In this document: piece by piece, positions 31,324-43,900 of the stretch
How positions within the stretch are numbered: position 1 is the first letter of the stretch
Layout: every line of letters begins with the position of its first letter
Assembly: GCA_963665115.1 (NCBI GenBank)
Contig: OY762007.1
Coordinates: forward strand, 2,720,001 to 2,784,000
Direction of reading: 5' to 3'
DNA from: an uncultured Rivularia sp.
Lineage (GTDB): Bacteria > Cyanobacteriota > Cyanobacteriia > Cyanobacteriales > Nostocaceae
Length of the DNA: 64,000 nucleotides
Notes under the pieces: generated by a model
Told to the model about the DNA's origin: nothing
What the model saw: only the letters and a program-made list of their open reading frames with translations
The model's database searches: none
Program-made: the position numbers and the translations under genes

Positions 31324-32364
31324 ATGAATTTTAAAGCTACCTCATTGAATCGAATCGTAACTTCTTCTGTTGCTGCTGTTGCAGTTGTATTGAGTCCTGT
31401 TTTTGCAGCAGTTGCTCAAGCTGAAACTTTAGTAGGTGCGGGTGCTAGTTTCCCTGCTCCTTTGTATCAGAGATATGCTCGTGAAGTTCGTAAGACACAC
31501 AAAAACTTACGAGTAAACTACACAGCTTGTGGTTCTAGCTGCGGTATCCGCAACTTTGTAAAAGGAACCGTTGATTTCGGCGGTAGTGACGCGGCGATGA
31601 AAGATTCAGAAATCGCTAAAGTAAGCCGTGGCACAATCTTGGTACCTACCGCAGGTGGTGCTGTTTCCGTTGTTTATAATTTGCCTGGTGTTAGCAATCT
31701 TAAGTTGTCCCGTCGAGTTCTACCTTTGATTTTCGCTGGTAGAATCACCAAATGGAACGACGCAAGAATCAGAAAGGACAACCCCGGTGTTAGATTGCCT
31801 AACCGCAGAATTACACCTGTTGTTCGTGCAGATGGTTCCGGTACAACCTTCATCTTCACCAACCACCTTTCCACCATCAGCGGCTACTTCAAAGGAAGAG
31901 TTGGTACTTCCAAGAAGCCAAGATGGCCTGTAAGAGGAGCTAGAAAGGGTAAAGGTAACTCTGGTGTAGCTGCTTTGGTTAAGCGTACCTCCGGTGGTAT
32001 CGGTTACGTTAACTACTCTTACGCTCGTTTGAACAGACTTAAGTCTGCAAGAGTTCAAAACAGACGCGGACAGTTTGTTGCTCCTTCTTTGAGAGGTGCT
32101 AACACAGCTTTATCTAGCGTTAGATTCCCTGCTAACTACCGCGTATTTGTTGGAGATGCTTCTCAGGGTTATCCCATCGTTGGTTTAACGTGGATGATGG
32201 TCTACAAGAAGTATCCTTCTGCTGCTAAGGCTGCTGCTGTTAAGAAGTGGATTAAGTGGGTAATGACCACTGGTCAACAGTTCAATGGTAAGTTGCTTTA
32301 TACCAGCATTCCTTCCAGCGTTAGAACTCGCGTAATCAATCAAGTTAACAGAGAAGTTAAGTAA
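31324..32364 (+). CDS. pstS: Phosphate ABC transporter substrate-binding protein
   Basis: GAGASFPAPLY, DFGGSD, RADGSGTT, YPIVGLTW. Confidence 0.95.
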   Translation: MNFKATSLNRIVTSSVAAVAVVLSPVFAAVAQAETLVGAGASFPAPLYQRYAREVRKTHKNLRVNYTACGSSCGIRNFVKGTVDFGGSDAAMKDSEIAKVSRGTILVPTAGGAVSVVYNLPGVSNLKLSRRVLPLIFAGRITKWNDARIRKDNPGVRLPNRRITPVVRADGSGTTFIFTNHLSTISGYFKGRVGTSKKPRWPVRGARKGKGNSGVAALVKRTSGGIGYVNYSYARLNRLKSARVQNRRGQFVAPSLRGANTALSSVRFPANYRVFVGDASQGYPIVGLTWMMVYKKYPSAAKAAAVKKWIKWVMTTGQQFNGKLLYTSIPSSVRTRVINQVNREVK

Positions 32365-32584
32365 TTAGCTTCTGTTCTTGTCTGTCAAACAGGCTTGTAA
32401 TAGGTATATCTTGCCTGCATTATGATGTGTTCTTAATCGTTAATTGAACCAAGATGGGGTGGGTATTAATTGCCCACCCTTATCTTTAGGTATGTATAGC
32501 GATAATTATAAGCAGACAAGGATTTACGATTTCTTCGGGGTTAATTTTCTGCAAATCTAGAATCCAAAATCTAAAAGACTGGTA

Positions 32585-33565
32585 ATGGCTAATTCATCGA
32601 TTCAACCAAATTCAGTAGTAGATGACAAGCTCGATATTTTTGCTCAAGATGCAAAAAATCTATGGCTAGAGCAAGGTTTCAAATGGCTGGTACGCGCTTT
32701 TGCGATATTTGTGGTATTTATGTTCCTGTGGATGATTTATATCATTTTTCAGGAAGCACGACCAGCTGTTATAAAGTTTGGACTCGGATTTTTGTGGAGC
32801 CAAGACTGGGATACTGTTGAAGGGGTTTATGGTGCATTGCCCTACATTTACGGAACCCTTGTCAGCAGCTTTTTAGCGATTTTAATTGCTATTCCTGTAG
32901 GGTTGGCGATTTCTCTTGTTACCAGTGAAGATTTTTTACCTAATTATGTGCGATCGCCAATTGCTTTTATCGTTGAGTTGATTGCGGCAATTCCCAGCGT
33001 AATCATCGGTTTGTGGGGTGTTTTTGTACTAATTCCGATTATCACACCCTTACAAAATTGGTTATCGCTAACTTTCGGCTGGATACCGCTGTTTGCTACT
33101 GAATCCCCTAGCGGTGACAATTTGTTAACTGCGGGAATTATTTTGGCTATCATGATTTTGCCAACAATGGCAGCAATTAGCCGCGATGTTTTATTAGTAG
33201 TTCCCCAACATTACCGCAGCGGTTCGATGGCTCTAGGTGCTACACGTTGGGAGACAATTTTCAAAGTATTATTACCTACAGGTTTCTCTGGTATCGTCGG
33301 TGCTACAATGCTGGCTTTGGGACGGGCTTTAGGCGAAACAATGGCTGTAACGATGGTTATTGGTAACTCGGAATTTATCAGCGCTTCTTTGCTGGATGCA
33401 AGCTATACAATTCCGGCTGTATTAGCGAATGAATTTGCTGAAGCTGAAAACAGACTGCACGTTGGAGCTTTAACTTATTTAGCTTTGGTTTTGTTCGTTG
33501 TTACTCTAGCAGTTAATATCGGTGCTGTGCTATTAGTGCAATGGTTGAACAGAAAAAACAAGTAG
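32585..33565 (+). CDS. pstC: Phosphate ABC transporter permease
   Basis: ELIAAIPSVIIGLWG, LGRALGETMA. Confidence 0.95.
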   Translation: MANSSIQPNSVVDDKLDIFAQDAKNLWLEQGFKWLVRAFAIFVVFMFLWMIYIIFQEARPAVIKFGLGFLWSQDWDTVEGVYGALPYIYGTLVSSFLAILIAIPVGLAISLVTSEDFLPNYVRSPIAFIVELIAAIPSVIIGLWGVFVLIPIITPLQNWLSLTFGWIPLFATESPSGDNLLTAGIILAIMILPTMAAISRDVLLVVPQHYRSGSMALGATRWETIFKVLLPTGFSGIVGATMLALGRALGETMAVTMVIGNSEFISASLLDASYTIPAVLANEFAEAENRLHVGALTYLALVLFVVTLAVNIGAVLLVQWLNRKNK

Positions 33566-33648
33566 TTTATTTTACGTAAATGTCCTAAAGCTAGCAGTGA
33601 TTTTGCTTAAAGATTCTCGTCGAAAATGTTTTGCATAGGTTGAGAGAA

Positions 33649-34527
33649 ATGAATGCTAGAAAACGTCCGGAAATTGATATATCTGTAGCAAGAGAAGTAT
33701 GCAATCCTCTCTCTCCAGAAAGGTTTGTATTTCAATATGGAATGACGGCGATTGCTTTTCTTCTTACCTTTTTGGCGCTGTTACCCTTGTTTTCGTTGGT
33801 ATGGGAGATTCTCGGACGGGGGCTGTCCAATCTCAAAGCAGAAATGTTTGTCAAGCAAGTAATCGATTTTGGGTTTGCCAATGCAATTTTTGGTACCCTG
33901 ACAATGGTTACAATTGGTTCTTTGTTTAGTATTCCTGTCGGGGTGATGACGGGGATATTTCTATCGGAATTTGGTAAAGATTCCAAGATTGCTCCTGCTG
34001 TACGCTTTGTTACCACTATTCTGGCTGGCGTACCTTCGATTGTTGTTGGTGTATTTGCTTATGGTGTGTTCATCGCTACAACCAAGCAATTTAGCGCTGT
34101 TGCCGGTGGTTTTGCTTTGGGTGTAATCATGCTTCCGGTTATTGCTCTGACAACCGAAGAAGTATTAAAACTCGTTCCTAATTCCTTACGATTAGCATCC
34201 GCAGCATTGGGTGGAAACCGCTTTCAAACTACTTTTCGCGTTGTGCTGGCTGCCGGATTACCCGGAATTACTACAGCGACATTATTGGCGATCGCCCGTG
34301 CTAGTGGTGAAACAGCACCGTTAATTTTCACGGCTTTGTTCAGCGATTTTTGGTCAGAAGGATTGCTTCGCCCTACAGCTTCATTACCAGTATTAATTTA
34401 TCGCTTCTATCAGCAAGACGATCCACAGATATTCCAACTAGTGTGGACAGCTTCGATTGTATTAGTGGGTTTAATCTTCTTGTTGAATCTTCTGTCTCGC
34501 GTAATTACCAGTAAAAAACTAAAGTAA
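33649..34527 (+). CDS. pstA: Phosphate ABC transporter permease
   Basis: [20 protein letters not shown]; start trimmed to ATG at 33649. Confidence 0.95.
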   Translation: MNARKRPEIDISVAREVCNPLSPERFVFQYGMTAIAFLLTFLALLPLFSLVWEILGRGLSNLKAEMFVKQVIDFGFANAIFGTLTMVTIGSLFSIPVGVMTGIFLSEFGKDSKIAPAVRFVTTILAGVPSIVVGVFAYGVFIATTKQFSAVAGGFALGVIMLPVIALTTEEVLKLVPNSLRLASAALGGNRFQTTFRVVLAAGLPGITTATLLAIARASGETAPLIFTALFSDFWSEGLLRPTASLPVLIYRFYQQDDPQIFQLVWTASIVLVGLIFLLNLLSRVITSKKLK

Positions 34528-34600
34528 AGCTTTACTGCAAAAGCTTCTACATTCCTTCTGTTGCAGTTTATTCGTTTCAATCATCCAAGTTTCTTTCTTC

Positions 34601-35380
34601 ATGAGTAACTTAATCCCGGCTATTACCGTCAAAAACCTTGCTTTCTACTACGGTACTTTCAAAGCACTTCAAGGAGTGTCTTTAGATATTTACCAAAGGC
34701 AAGTTACTGCACTTATTGGTCCTTCCGGTTGCGGTAAGTCAACTTTCATCAAATCTCTCAACCGCATTGGCGAATTAGAATCTAACGTCAAAATTGATGG
34801 AAAAGTCGATTTTTTCGGTCAAAATATCTATTCTCCCCGCGTTAACCTCAACAGATTGCGCCGTCAAATTGGGATGGTGTTCCAAAAGCCAAATCTTTTC
34901 CCCATGAGCATTTACGATAACGTAGCTTATGGAATTAGAATTGCCAGACATTCCCCTAAGTCTGAATTGGATGGTATTGTCGAATCTGCAATTAAGGGTG
35001 CTGCATTATGGGATGAAGTCAAGGACAAGCTACACAAATCGGCTTTAGGTTTGTCTGGTGGACAACAACAGCGTTTATGTATTGCCCGTTCTTTAGCAGT
35101 CAGACCAAAAGTGTTGCTAATGGATGAACCTTGTTCCGCTTTAGATCCGATCGCAACTATGAAGATTGAGGAATTAATCGATAGTTTGCGTGGTGAATTG
35201 ACAATTGCAATTGTGACTCACAATATGCAACAAGCCCAGCGTGTCGCTGACTTTACAGCATTCTTTAGTACTGATGAAAGCCGTATCGGTCAAATGGTTG
35301 AGTTTGGTACTACCGACCAAATTTTCAAAAATCCTTTAGATCGTCGTACCCGCGATTATGTTTCCGGACGTTTCGGTTAA
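34601..35380 (+). CDS. pstB: Phosphate ABC transporter ATP-binding protein
   Basis: [38 protein letters not shown]. Confidence 0.97.
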   Translation: MSNLIPAITVKNLAFYYGTFKALQGVSLDIYQRQVTALIGPSGCGKSTFIKSLNRIGELESNVKIDGKVDFFGQNIYSPRVNLNRLRRQIGMVFQKPNLFPMSIYDNVAYGIRIARHSPKSELDGIVESAIKGAALWDEVKDKLHKSALGLSGGQQQRLCIARSLAVRPKVLLMDEPCSALDPIATMKIEELIDSLRGELTIAIVTHNMQQAQRVADFTAFFSTDESRIGQMVEFGTTDQIFKNPLDRRTRDYVSGRFG

Positions 35381-35390
35381 GGTTTGGATT

Positions 35391-35428
35391 CCTGCACTTA
35401 GGATTGGGGTGCAGGCTCCGTTTTTTCT
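35391..35428 (+). terminator. Probable terminator after pstB
   Basis: cctgcactta-ggat-tggggtgcagg hairpin followed by a T-run. Confidence 0.55.
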
Positions 35429-35681
35429 GTTACGAATTGACTAAAGTATAAGGCTTACATAGATTTATACTTTTATAAAATCGTATTTAAAGTCATAGCG
35501 TTTTTGCATCAACATATGAATTTTAATAATTTATGGTATTAAGAAGCCGGGTTTCTTCATTATTAGCAATAGCCGCAACTGGCACAAGAACCTAAAAATC
35601 TTAAATATTTTTCTGTATTTATACTTTGATTTTAGAGTATATTATACTACTAATATTTGTTGTAGGAATACTTTTGCATAA

Positions 35682-36780
35682 ATGAAACTTTTAGCTGTAA
35701 AAAAGCGATTTTTATATGTCGCAATTTTTTTATTTATACTATTAAACTTAATCTTTCCCAAAGCTTTAAATGCTAATATGGCTCAGCCTTGGCAAGAGGG
35801 ACAATTAATAGGAGAACCCACAGGGGATTTCCGCAATTTAGGAATTATTTGGGAAAAACTGAATTTCGATTTGCGTCCCTTAAATGATTTAGGAGAAAGT
35901 ACGGTAACGGCAATTTATCAAATTCGTAATGATGGCGAACAAACTCCCGTAGAGCTTTTATTCGTTTCTCCCGGTATAAAAGCTGGTAACGTTACTATAG
36001 ATGGAAAGACAATCGCTGCGGAAACCATTAAAAATCCGAAACTGCCTCCAACTTGGCAAGCACCATTGCAAGTACCTGGAATTGATGGCGGTTTCAGTTG
36101 GGTACTTTGTAAATAAGTCTGTATCAGCTTTGAAATTCAAACCATTTATTCCGCAAGGAGAACATCAACTTCAGGTAAAATATGTAGTCGAACCAAGTAG
36201 CTACGATGATTCAACTTATAAAGATTATCAAGTTGTTTATATATTAGCTCCTGCAAAAAATTGGGCTTTTTTTAAACGTTTAGAAGTGGAAATTAAAATA
36301 CCTAAGAATTGGAAAGTCGCTACTTCATTACCGATGAAAGGCACGGGTAACATATTGAAGGCAACCTTTAACAAAATTCCTGCGGATAATCTGGCAATTT
36401 CAACTCGTCCCCATTTACCCTGGTATGTAAGTTTGATTATTTCACTATTCCCAGTTGTCTTTTACATCGGTGGTTTAATAGCTGCGGGTTGGGTAGGCAA
36501 AGCAGCGATTAGAAAAACAGACAAATTAAAAGTACGTTTATTTATAGCTCTATTGGTTGCCATACCTTTAGGAATCTTCGCTTTCTTAGTGCTAGCAATT
36601 ATCGGTTTGTTTTTCGGACATAAATTGTCAAATGTATTATTACAAACGATACATCTTTCTAACACCTATGGACAAGGAATTGCAATATTGTTCTTTTTAT
36701 TTATAGGTTTATTTATCAGCGGTTTTATCGCGTTCGTTTCGGCACTCTTTTTAGGAAGAAAGCGAATAGTTAGCAATTGA
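35682..36780 (+). CDS. Hypothetical exported/membrane protein; one apparent frameshift (36092-36094)
   Basis: Signal peptide, soluble domain (YILAPAKNW) and C-terminal TM helices; removing one T gives 365 aa. Confidence 0.6.
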
Positions 36781-36913
36781 GGCGAAAGAGTTACGCAGTG
36801 TTGCCAAATCAAATATTAATAATTTTGTCAATAGCCCTTAAATAACGAAAATGTAGAGATATAGTATTGTATATCCCTACAAAATTTATATATATGATGA
36901 ACTTATGATAACT

Positions 36914-37140
36914 TCAATAAGCACCAGTTTTTTGCAGTATCACTCTAAAAGTTTGCAAAAATATTCTCAAATCAAGCAGTATTGACCAATTTTCGATGTA
37001 GTTCATATCTAATTTAATTACATCGTCAAAATTGTCAATTTCAGAACGTCCGGAAACCTGCCATAATCCAGTGATACCGGGAAGAACTTCTTGACGAATG
37101 TAATGCTTAGTTTTAAATTTTTCTACATCACGCATAGACG
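36914..37140 (-). pseudogene. C-terminal fragment of a bacterial sugar transferase (WcaJ-like)
   Basis: LPGITGLWQVSGRS...LDMNYIENWSILLDLRIFLQT; the N-terminal part is missing. Confidence 0.75.
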
Positions 37141-37997
37141 ATTTACGCGAAAATAGCGAAAAATTGAATTCTCTGGTGGTGTTGAGAATGATGCAAGATG
37201 TCAATAAAAACAAACATTTTTTATATATCACATATTAGCTTTCATTAATCATCTAATTGTTGATTGCTATCAAACTATAGTGCAAAAAAGAGAAACCTAT
37301 TCTTAGCAGTAAATCAACTTAAAGACAACTACTTTGCATAAAATTCATACATACTTCTGCTAATCTTAATATTGTCCCAGTGGTTAATATTTTCCGAATT
37401 CATTTTTTTAAGAGTAAGTCTAGTTTATATTTAATAAATAGTCATCTTAAACAAACATTAATCTCTCGTTATTTATTCTTTAATATTTATTTTATAGTAT
37501 TTTAAAGTAAATACATAACATATTCGCGTATTTATTCAATTATTCAGGAAAAAATCTGAATAAATATTTTGAATAAAAGATAAATACTTTAAATAGTTAA
37601 CTAGCAAGCAAATATTATGGCTCAGACAACCGGATTAGCTCGTGGCGGATTTGTGATAAGTAAGATTTTTGTTGACTCTAATAGATTGCAAAAATATGTA
37701 AAAGAGAATACTAATTCTACAACCTTAGACGCAAGAAAAGACTGAGGATGATTGTATTTTTTACCAAACGATAGATCCCAGCTTTAATTAATTCTGAGAT
37801 GCTAATAGCAATAAAAATTGGGTGCATTTGAGTAATTTTTAATTGTGAGAAAGTTTTCTAAAAAGTTAGAAAATTATTCCTAAGCTAGTTTAATTTCAAT
37901 CTATTAACTGAGTCGGTGTAGTTGAGTGACTCAGAAGTTTTGGTTTGAATATTCCGAAGGTTAATTCAGCTATTTCACTAAATAGAACACTTTCCCT

Positions 37998-40900
37998 ATG
38001 GCTACAACTTTATCTACGGGCGATATTGCGATTATTGGTGTAAATTCTGATAATCCTGATGATTTTAGTTTCGTTTTATTAATAGACATTGAAGCGAATA
38101 CCGAAATCAGATTTACTGACAGTGGCTGGTTAGATACTAATCAATTTAGATCCAATGAAGGAGCATTTAAGTATACTGCCCCAACAAACTTATCTGCTGG
38201 AACAGTAATCAATTTTGGTAATGATGCGGTCAATTTTGCATCTGATAATGATGCTGATGTGGGTAATAATGGATTTAATTTGTCTAGCAGTGGCGACCAA
38301 GTTATTGCTTTCCAAGGAACATCCACTAATCCAACTTTTATATACGCCGTACAAACAAACAGTACACAATTCCAAACTACTGCTAGTAGTTTCTAATGAT
38401 TCTGCTCTACCAAATGGCTTGGTAAATGGTACTTCTGCTGTAGCAGTCGGACAAGGTTCTGGTGTAGGAGATGAATGGGATAATTCTGTTTACAATATGT
38501 CCGTCACCAGTGGAACCAAAGAAGAAATTCTCGCAGCAGTTAGCAATGCAGCTAATTGGACGGGTTCCAATGATGCTTTAACAATACCAAGTAGTTCTTT
38601 CACTGTGGGTGATTCGGACAATAATAACGAAACAGATACAACGGCTCCCGAACTCAACGATTCTAATCCCCTAATTCCAGCAGACGATGGAAATAATGCT
38701 TTAGTTGATGCCAATCTAACTATTAAATTTAACGAAAGCATTCAAAAGGGTACGGGTAATATCGTTCTAAGGAAAACTGATGATGATTCTGTAGTAGAAA
38801 CCTTTGATGTTGCGACTTCCACAGCAGTTACCGTTAGTGGCGATACCGTAACTATTAATCCTACAAATAACCTTGAAGCTTCGACAGGTTTCTATGTAGA
38901 AATTGATGCGGGAGCTATTGAAGATGCAGCAGGTAACGATTTTGAGGGAATTTCGGGAAATGAAACTTGGAATTTTTCCACTGGTACGGAAGATTCAATT
39001 ACTAACATTTACCAAATCCAAGGTGCCGCTCATACTTCACCGCTTGTAGGTGAATCTGTAACCACAACTGGTATTGTTACCGCAGTCGATAGCAACGGTT
39101 TTTATCTTCAAGACGCTACGGGAGATAATAACAATGCAACTTCCGACGCTATCTTTGTTTTCACTGGTTCTAATCCAACGGTAACAGTTGGTGATGATAT
39201 AGAAGTTAGCGGTACTGTTAGCGAATTCTTCCCTGGTGGTGCGGATACGGGAAATCTTTCCACAACTCAAATTAGTAGTCCTTCCGTAACCGTAAAATCT
39301 AGCGGTAATACTCTTCCCGCAGCAACAATTATTGGTACTGGTGGTAGAATTCCTCCTACCGAAAATATTGATGATGATGCTTTCACCAGTTTTGAACCAG
39401 ATACAGATGGAATTGATTTCTTTGAATCATTGGAAGGAATGCGAGTCACTGCCAAAGATGCAGTAGCTGTTGCTCCTACTAACAGATTTGGGGAAATTTT
39501 TACTGTTGTTGATAACGGTGAAAATGCTACAGGTTTAAGTGAAAGGGGTACTTTAAATATCAGCCCCGATGACTTCAACCCTGAAAAAGTCCAAATTGAT
39601 GAAGATTCGGATATTTTACCAGGATTTGATATTCCTGAAGTTAATGTTGGTGCAGAATTAGGAGATGTTACCGGGGTTGTTGGTTACGGTTTCGGCAACT
39701 TCGAGATTTACCCAACTCAGGAATTTACCGTCACTGATTCTACTATCCAACCAGAAACCACTAACTTAATGGGTGGTGCAGATAAACTGACAGTTGCTAG
39801 CTATAACGTTCTTAATTTAGATCCCAATGATGCAGATGGGGATGAAGATGTAGCAGATGGAAGATTTAATGCAATTGCAAATCAAATCGTCAGCAATCTA
39901 AAAGCTCCCGACATCATTGGTTTGCAGGAAATTCAGGATAATAGCGGTTCTGGCGATGATGGTGTAATATCTGCTGACCAAACTTTGCAACAACTAGTTG
40001 ATGCGATCGCAACTGCTGGTGGTCCGACGTATAGTTTTATCGACAACACCTTTATCGGTAATAATACTAGCGGTGGTCAACCCGGTGGCAATATTCGTAC
40101 TGCTTTCCTCTACAATACCGACCGCGTAGACTTAGTAGATGGTTCAGTTGAAACAATTGAAGATAATGGTTTTACAGGTAGCCGCTTACCTCTAGTAGCT
40201 AAATTTACTTTCAATTCTGAAGAAGTAACCGTTGTTAACAATCATTTTTCTTCCAAAGGTGGTAGCGCTCCGATTTTAGGTGTAGAGCAACCTTTTGAAG
40301 CACGTCAAGAAGATGTGAATGTCAACGGCAGCCTTGATGAGCGTCAAGCACAAGCCCAAGCTGTCAAGGGTTACGTTGATGGAATATTAGCAGAAGATGT
40401 AAAAGCTAACGTTGTTGTACTTGGCGACTTGAACGAGTTTGAATTTGTCTCTCCCGTCGAAACCCTAGCGGAAAGCTTGACAAATTTGACAGAAACTGTA
40501 CCAGCAAACGAACGTTACAGTTTTAATTTTCAAGGTAATTCACAATCCTTGGATCATATTTTAGTTAGCGATAATTTAGAAGATAATGCTGAGTTTGATA
40601 TCGTACACGTCAACTCAGAGTTTGCCGATACTTCCGCAAAAGCAAGCGACCACGATCCGTTAGTAGCAAGTTTGTCAATAAGTAATCAAAATACACAGAA
40701 CTACCAAAATATGCTTAACTTTGCTGGAACTATTGAATTAGAAGGTGCAGAAATTTCTGCTTACGATTCTGGAACTCAGCGCATCTTTGTGACTGGAGAA
40801 GCAGGAGAAGACAATGCATTTGACATTGAAGAAGGTTCTCCGATTCTGCAAGCTGTAGATGTTTCCGATCCCACTAACCCTACAGTAATTGGACAAATTG

Positions 40901-43900
40901 ACCTTTCAAGCTACGGTGATGGAGTTCAAAGCGTTGCAGTTAAGAATGGTGTTGTTGCTGTAGCTGTTTCTGCTGAAACTTCAACCGATCCAGGTAAAGT
41001 TGTTTTCTTCAACGCTTCCGATTATTCTGAATTATCTCAGGTAACTGTAGGTGCTTTACCTGATATGCTTACCTTTACCCCCGACGGTAGCAAGGTATTG
41101 GTTGCTAACGAAGGCGAACCCAACGATAGATACACTGTCGATCCAGAAGGTTCGGTTAGCATTATTAATGTTTCCGATATTTCTAATCCTACTGTTACCA
41201 CTGCCGATTTCACAGCATTTAACAGTCAGGCAGATACTTTGAGAAGTCAGGGAGTTAGAATTTTTGGTCAGAAAGCTGATGGTAGTATGTCTACAGCAGC
41301 CGAAGATTTTGAACCAGAATACATTGCTGTATCACCCGATGGAACAGCTGCTTTTGTTGCTTTGCAAGAAAACAATGCTTTTGCTGTTCTTGACATTGAG
41401 CAAGGTGAAGTTACAAGTATTTTACCTTTAGGATTCAAAGATTGGAGCGGTACGAATCCCACATTGAAGCCATTCAAAGCAACATTTGAAGGTTCTCAAG
41501 AAGTTACACCTAATAGCTCTACAGCTACAGGAAACGCTTTATTACAACTCAATCAAGCGGGAGATGCCCTAAACTATACCATGACCGTTGAAGGTCTGGA
41601 TTTTGGGGAATTAGCAGGTGGAGCAGCTCAAACAGAAGATGCAGGTGATGATGTAACTGGGATACACTTCCACAACGCTGCACGTGGAGCAGGTGGTCCG
41701 GTTGTGTTTGGTATTGTCGGCCCCCGCGCAGGATACCGACGATCGCACTATTACTATTAACGCTGATGGTACAACTACAATTTCTGGCGTTTGGGAAACT
41801 ACAGATACCGCAGCCAGTGAAAGTTTAAGTACTTTCGTCGCCGATTTGCAAGCTGCAAACACAGGTGATGATACAAATCTTTACTTCAACATCCACACCG
41901 AAGAATTTCCAATGGGTGAAATTCGCGGTCAAATTATGGGTAGTTCTGTAGAGCTTGATGCTAGTAACAGAGACGACGGAATAAACTTCGCTAACTACCC
42001 CAACCTCCAGGGGATGTACCAACCCGATGCGATCGCCAGTTATGAAGCTAACGGCGAAACCTACTACATCACCGCTAACGAAGGGGATGCACGCATTCGT
42101 CCCGATGATGATATTGAAGTTGATGGCGAGGAAATTGAAGAAGGTGCTGATTTCAACGAAGAAACACGAGTCAAAGATTTAACACTTGACCCCACGGCTT
42201 TCCCTGACGCTGCAACCTTGCAACAAGATGAAAATCTAGGTCGTCTCAAAACTACTACTACTCTAGGTGATACCGACGGAGATGGTGATTTTGACCAAAT
42301 CTACGCTTACGGTGGTCGTTCCTTCTCCATCTTTAACAGCAGCGGTGAATTAGTTTACGATAGCGGCGATTTAATTGGTAAATTGACAGCCGAACTAGTT
42401 CCCGAAAAATTCAACTCCCAAGGTACTGCCGACAGTTTCGACAGCCGCAGCGATGACAAAGGAGCCGAACCCGAAGGTGTAACTGTGGGTATGGTTGGCG
42501 ACAAAACCTATGCTTATGTTGGTTTGGAAAGAACCGGCGGTGTAATGGTATTTGACGTAAGTAATCCTACCGCAGCTAGCTTCGTGCAGTACATTAATAA
42601 CGAAGGTGATAGAAGTCCCGAAGGTTTGACTTTCATCGATGCACAAAACAGTCCAAACAGCAACTCTTTATTGGCAGTTACCAATGAAGTCAGCGAAACA
42701 TTAAGTATCTATAACGCTGGTACTGAAAGTACAGATACTTACACCTTACAAATTCTTCACGCTTCCGACTTAGAAGGCGGAGTAGATGCAATTGATAGTG
42801 CTGCTAATTTCGCGGCAATCGTTGATAAACTCGAAGACGAGTTTGAAAACACCATCACTCTTTCTGCTGGTGACAACTATATTCCTGGGCCATTCTTCGG
42901 TGCAGCAGGCGATCGCTCTTTACGCACTCCCCTACAAGAATTTTACCAAGAGTACTTCAACAATAGTGGTTTAACCAACGTTCGCGAAGGTGTAGGGCGC
43001 GTTGATATCTCGATTATGAACGCGATTGGTTTCGATGCTTCTGCGGTTGGAAACCACGAATTTGATACTGGTACTAGTAATATTGCCGATATCATCGGTA
43101 CCGATATTCGCGGGAATACTTTAGGAGATGCTCGCTGGTTGGGCGCTCAATTCCCTTACCTCAGCGCAAACTTGGATTTCTCTGGCGATCGTAATCTTTC
43201 TGGTTTATACACTAGCGATATTTTAAGCAACACAGCTTTCCAATCCACACCCGACGATTTAACCGCAGCAGCCGCAGCACCAAAAATTGCTCCTGCAACA
43301 ATTATCGAATCAGGTGGAGAAAAAATCGGTGTTGTTGGTGCGACAACTCAATTAGTAGAAACAATTTCTTCTACTGGTGGTGTTGACGTTATCGATCCAG
43401 AATCAAACAATATGGCTGAATTAGCGAAAATTCTTCAGCCTACCATTGATAAGTTAATTGCTGATGGTATTAACAAAGTTGTTGTTGTCAGCCACTTACA
43501 ACAAATTGCTTTAGAAAAAGAACTCGTTGGTTTACTTAGTGGTGTAGACGTAGTAATCGCTGGTGGTTCCGATACACTCCAAGCTGATAGCACCGACGTT
43601 TTACGGAATGGAGATACCGCAGTAGAAGATTATCCTTTTGAAACTACCAATAAAGACGGCGATCCAGCTGTAATTGTTAGTACTGACGGAGAATATTCCT
43701 ACGTCGGTCGTTTGGTAGTTGACTTTGATGCTCAAGGTAAAGTTATCCTTGACAGCATCGACGAAAATGTCAGCGGTGTTTACGCTACTGACGAATCTGG
43801 CTTAAACGCCGTCTATGGTGAAGAAGATGCATTTGCTGAAGGTAGCAGAGGCGAACAAGTTAAAACTTTAACTCAAGCAGTTGACGCTGTAGTTATTGCC

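Noticed and set aside
37240..37990. Long AT-rich intergenic region as ncRNA or riboswitch
   Set aside because: No recognisable conserved structure or motif by eye; a covariance-model search would be needed.
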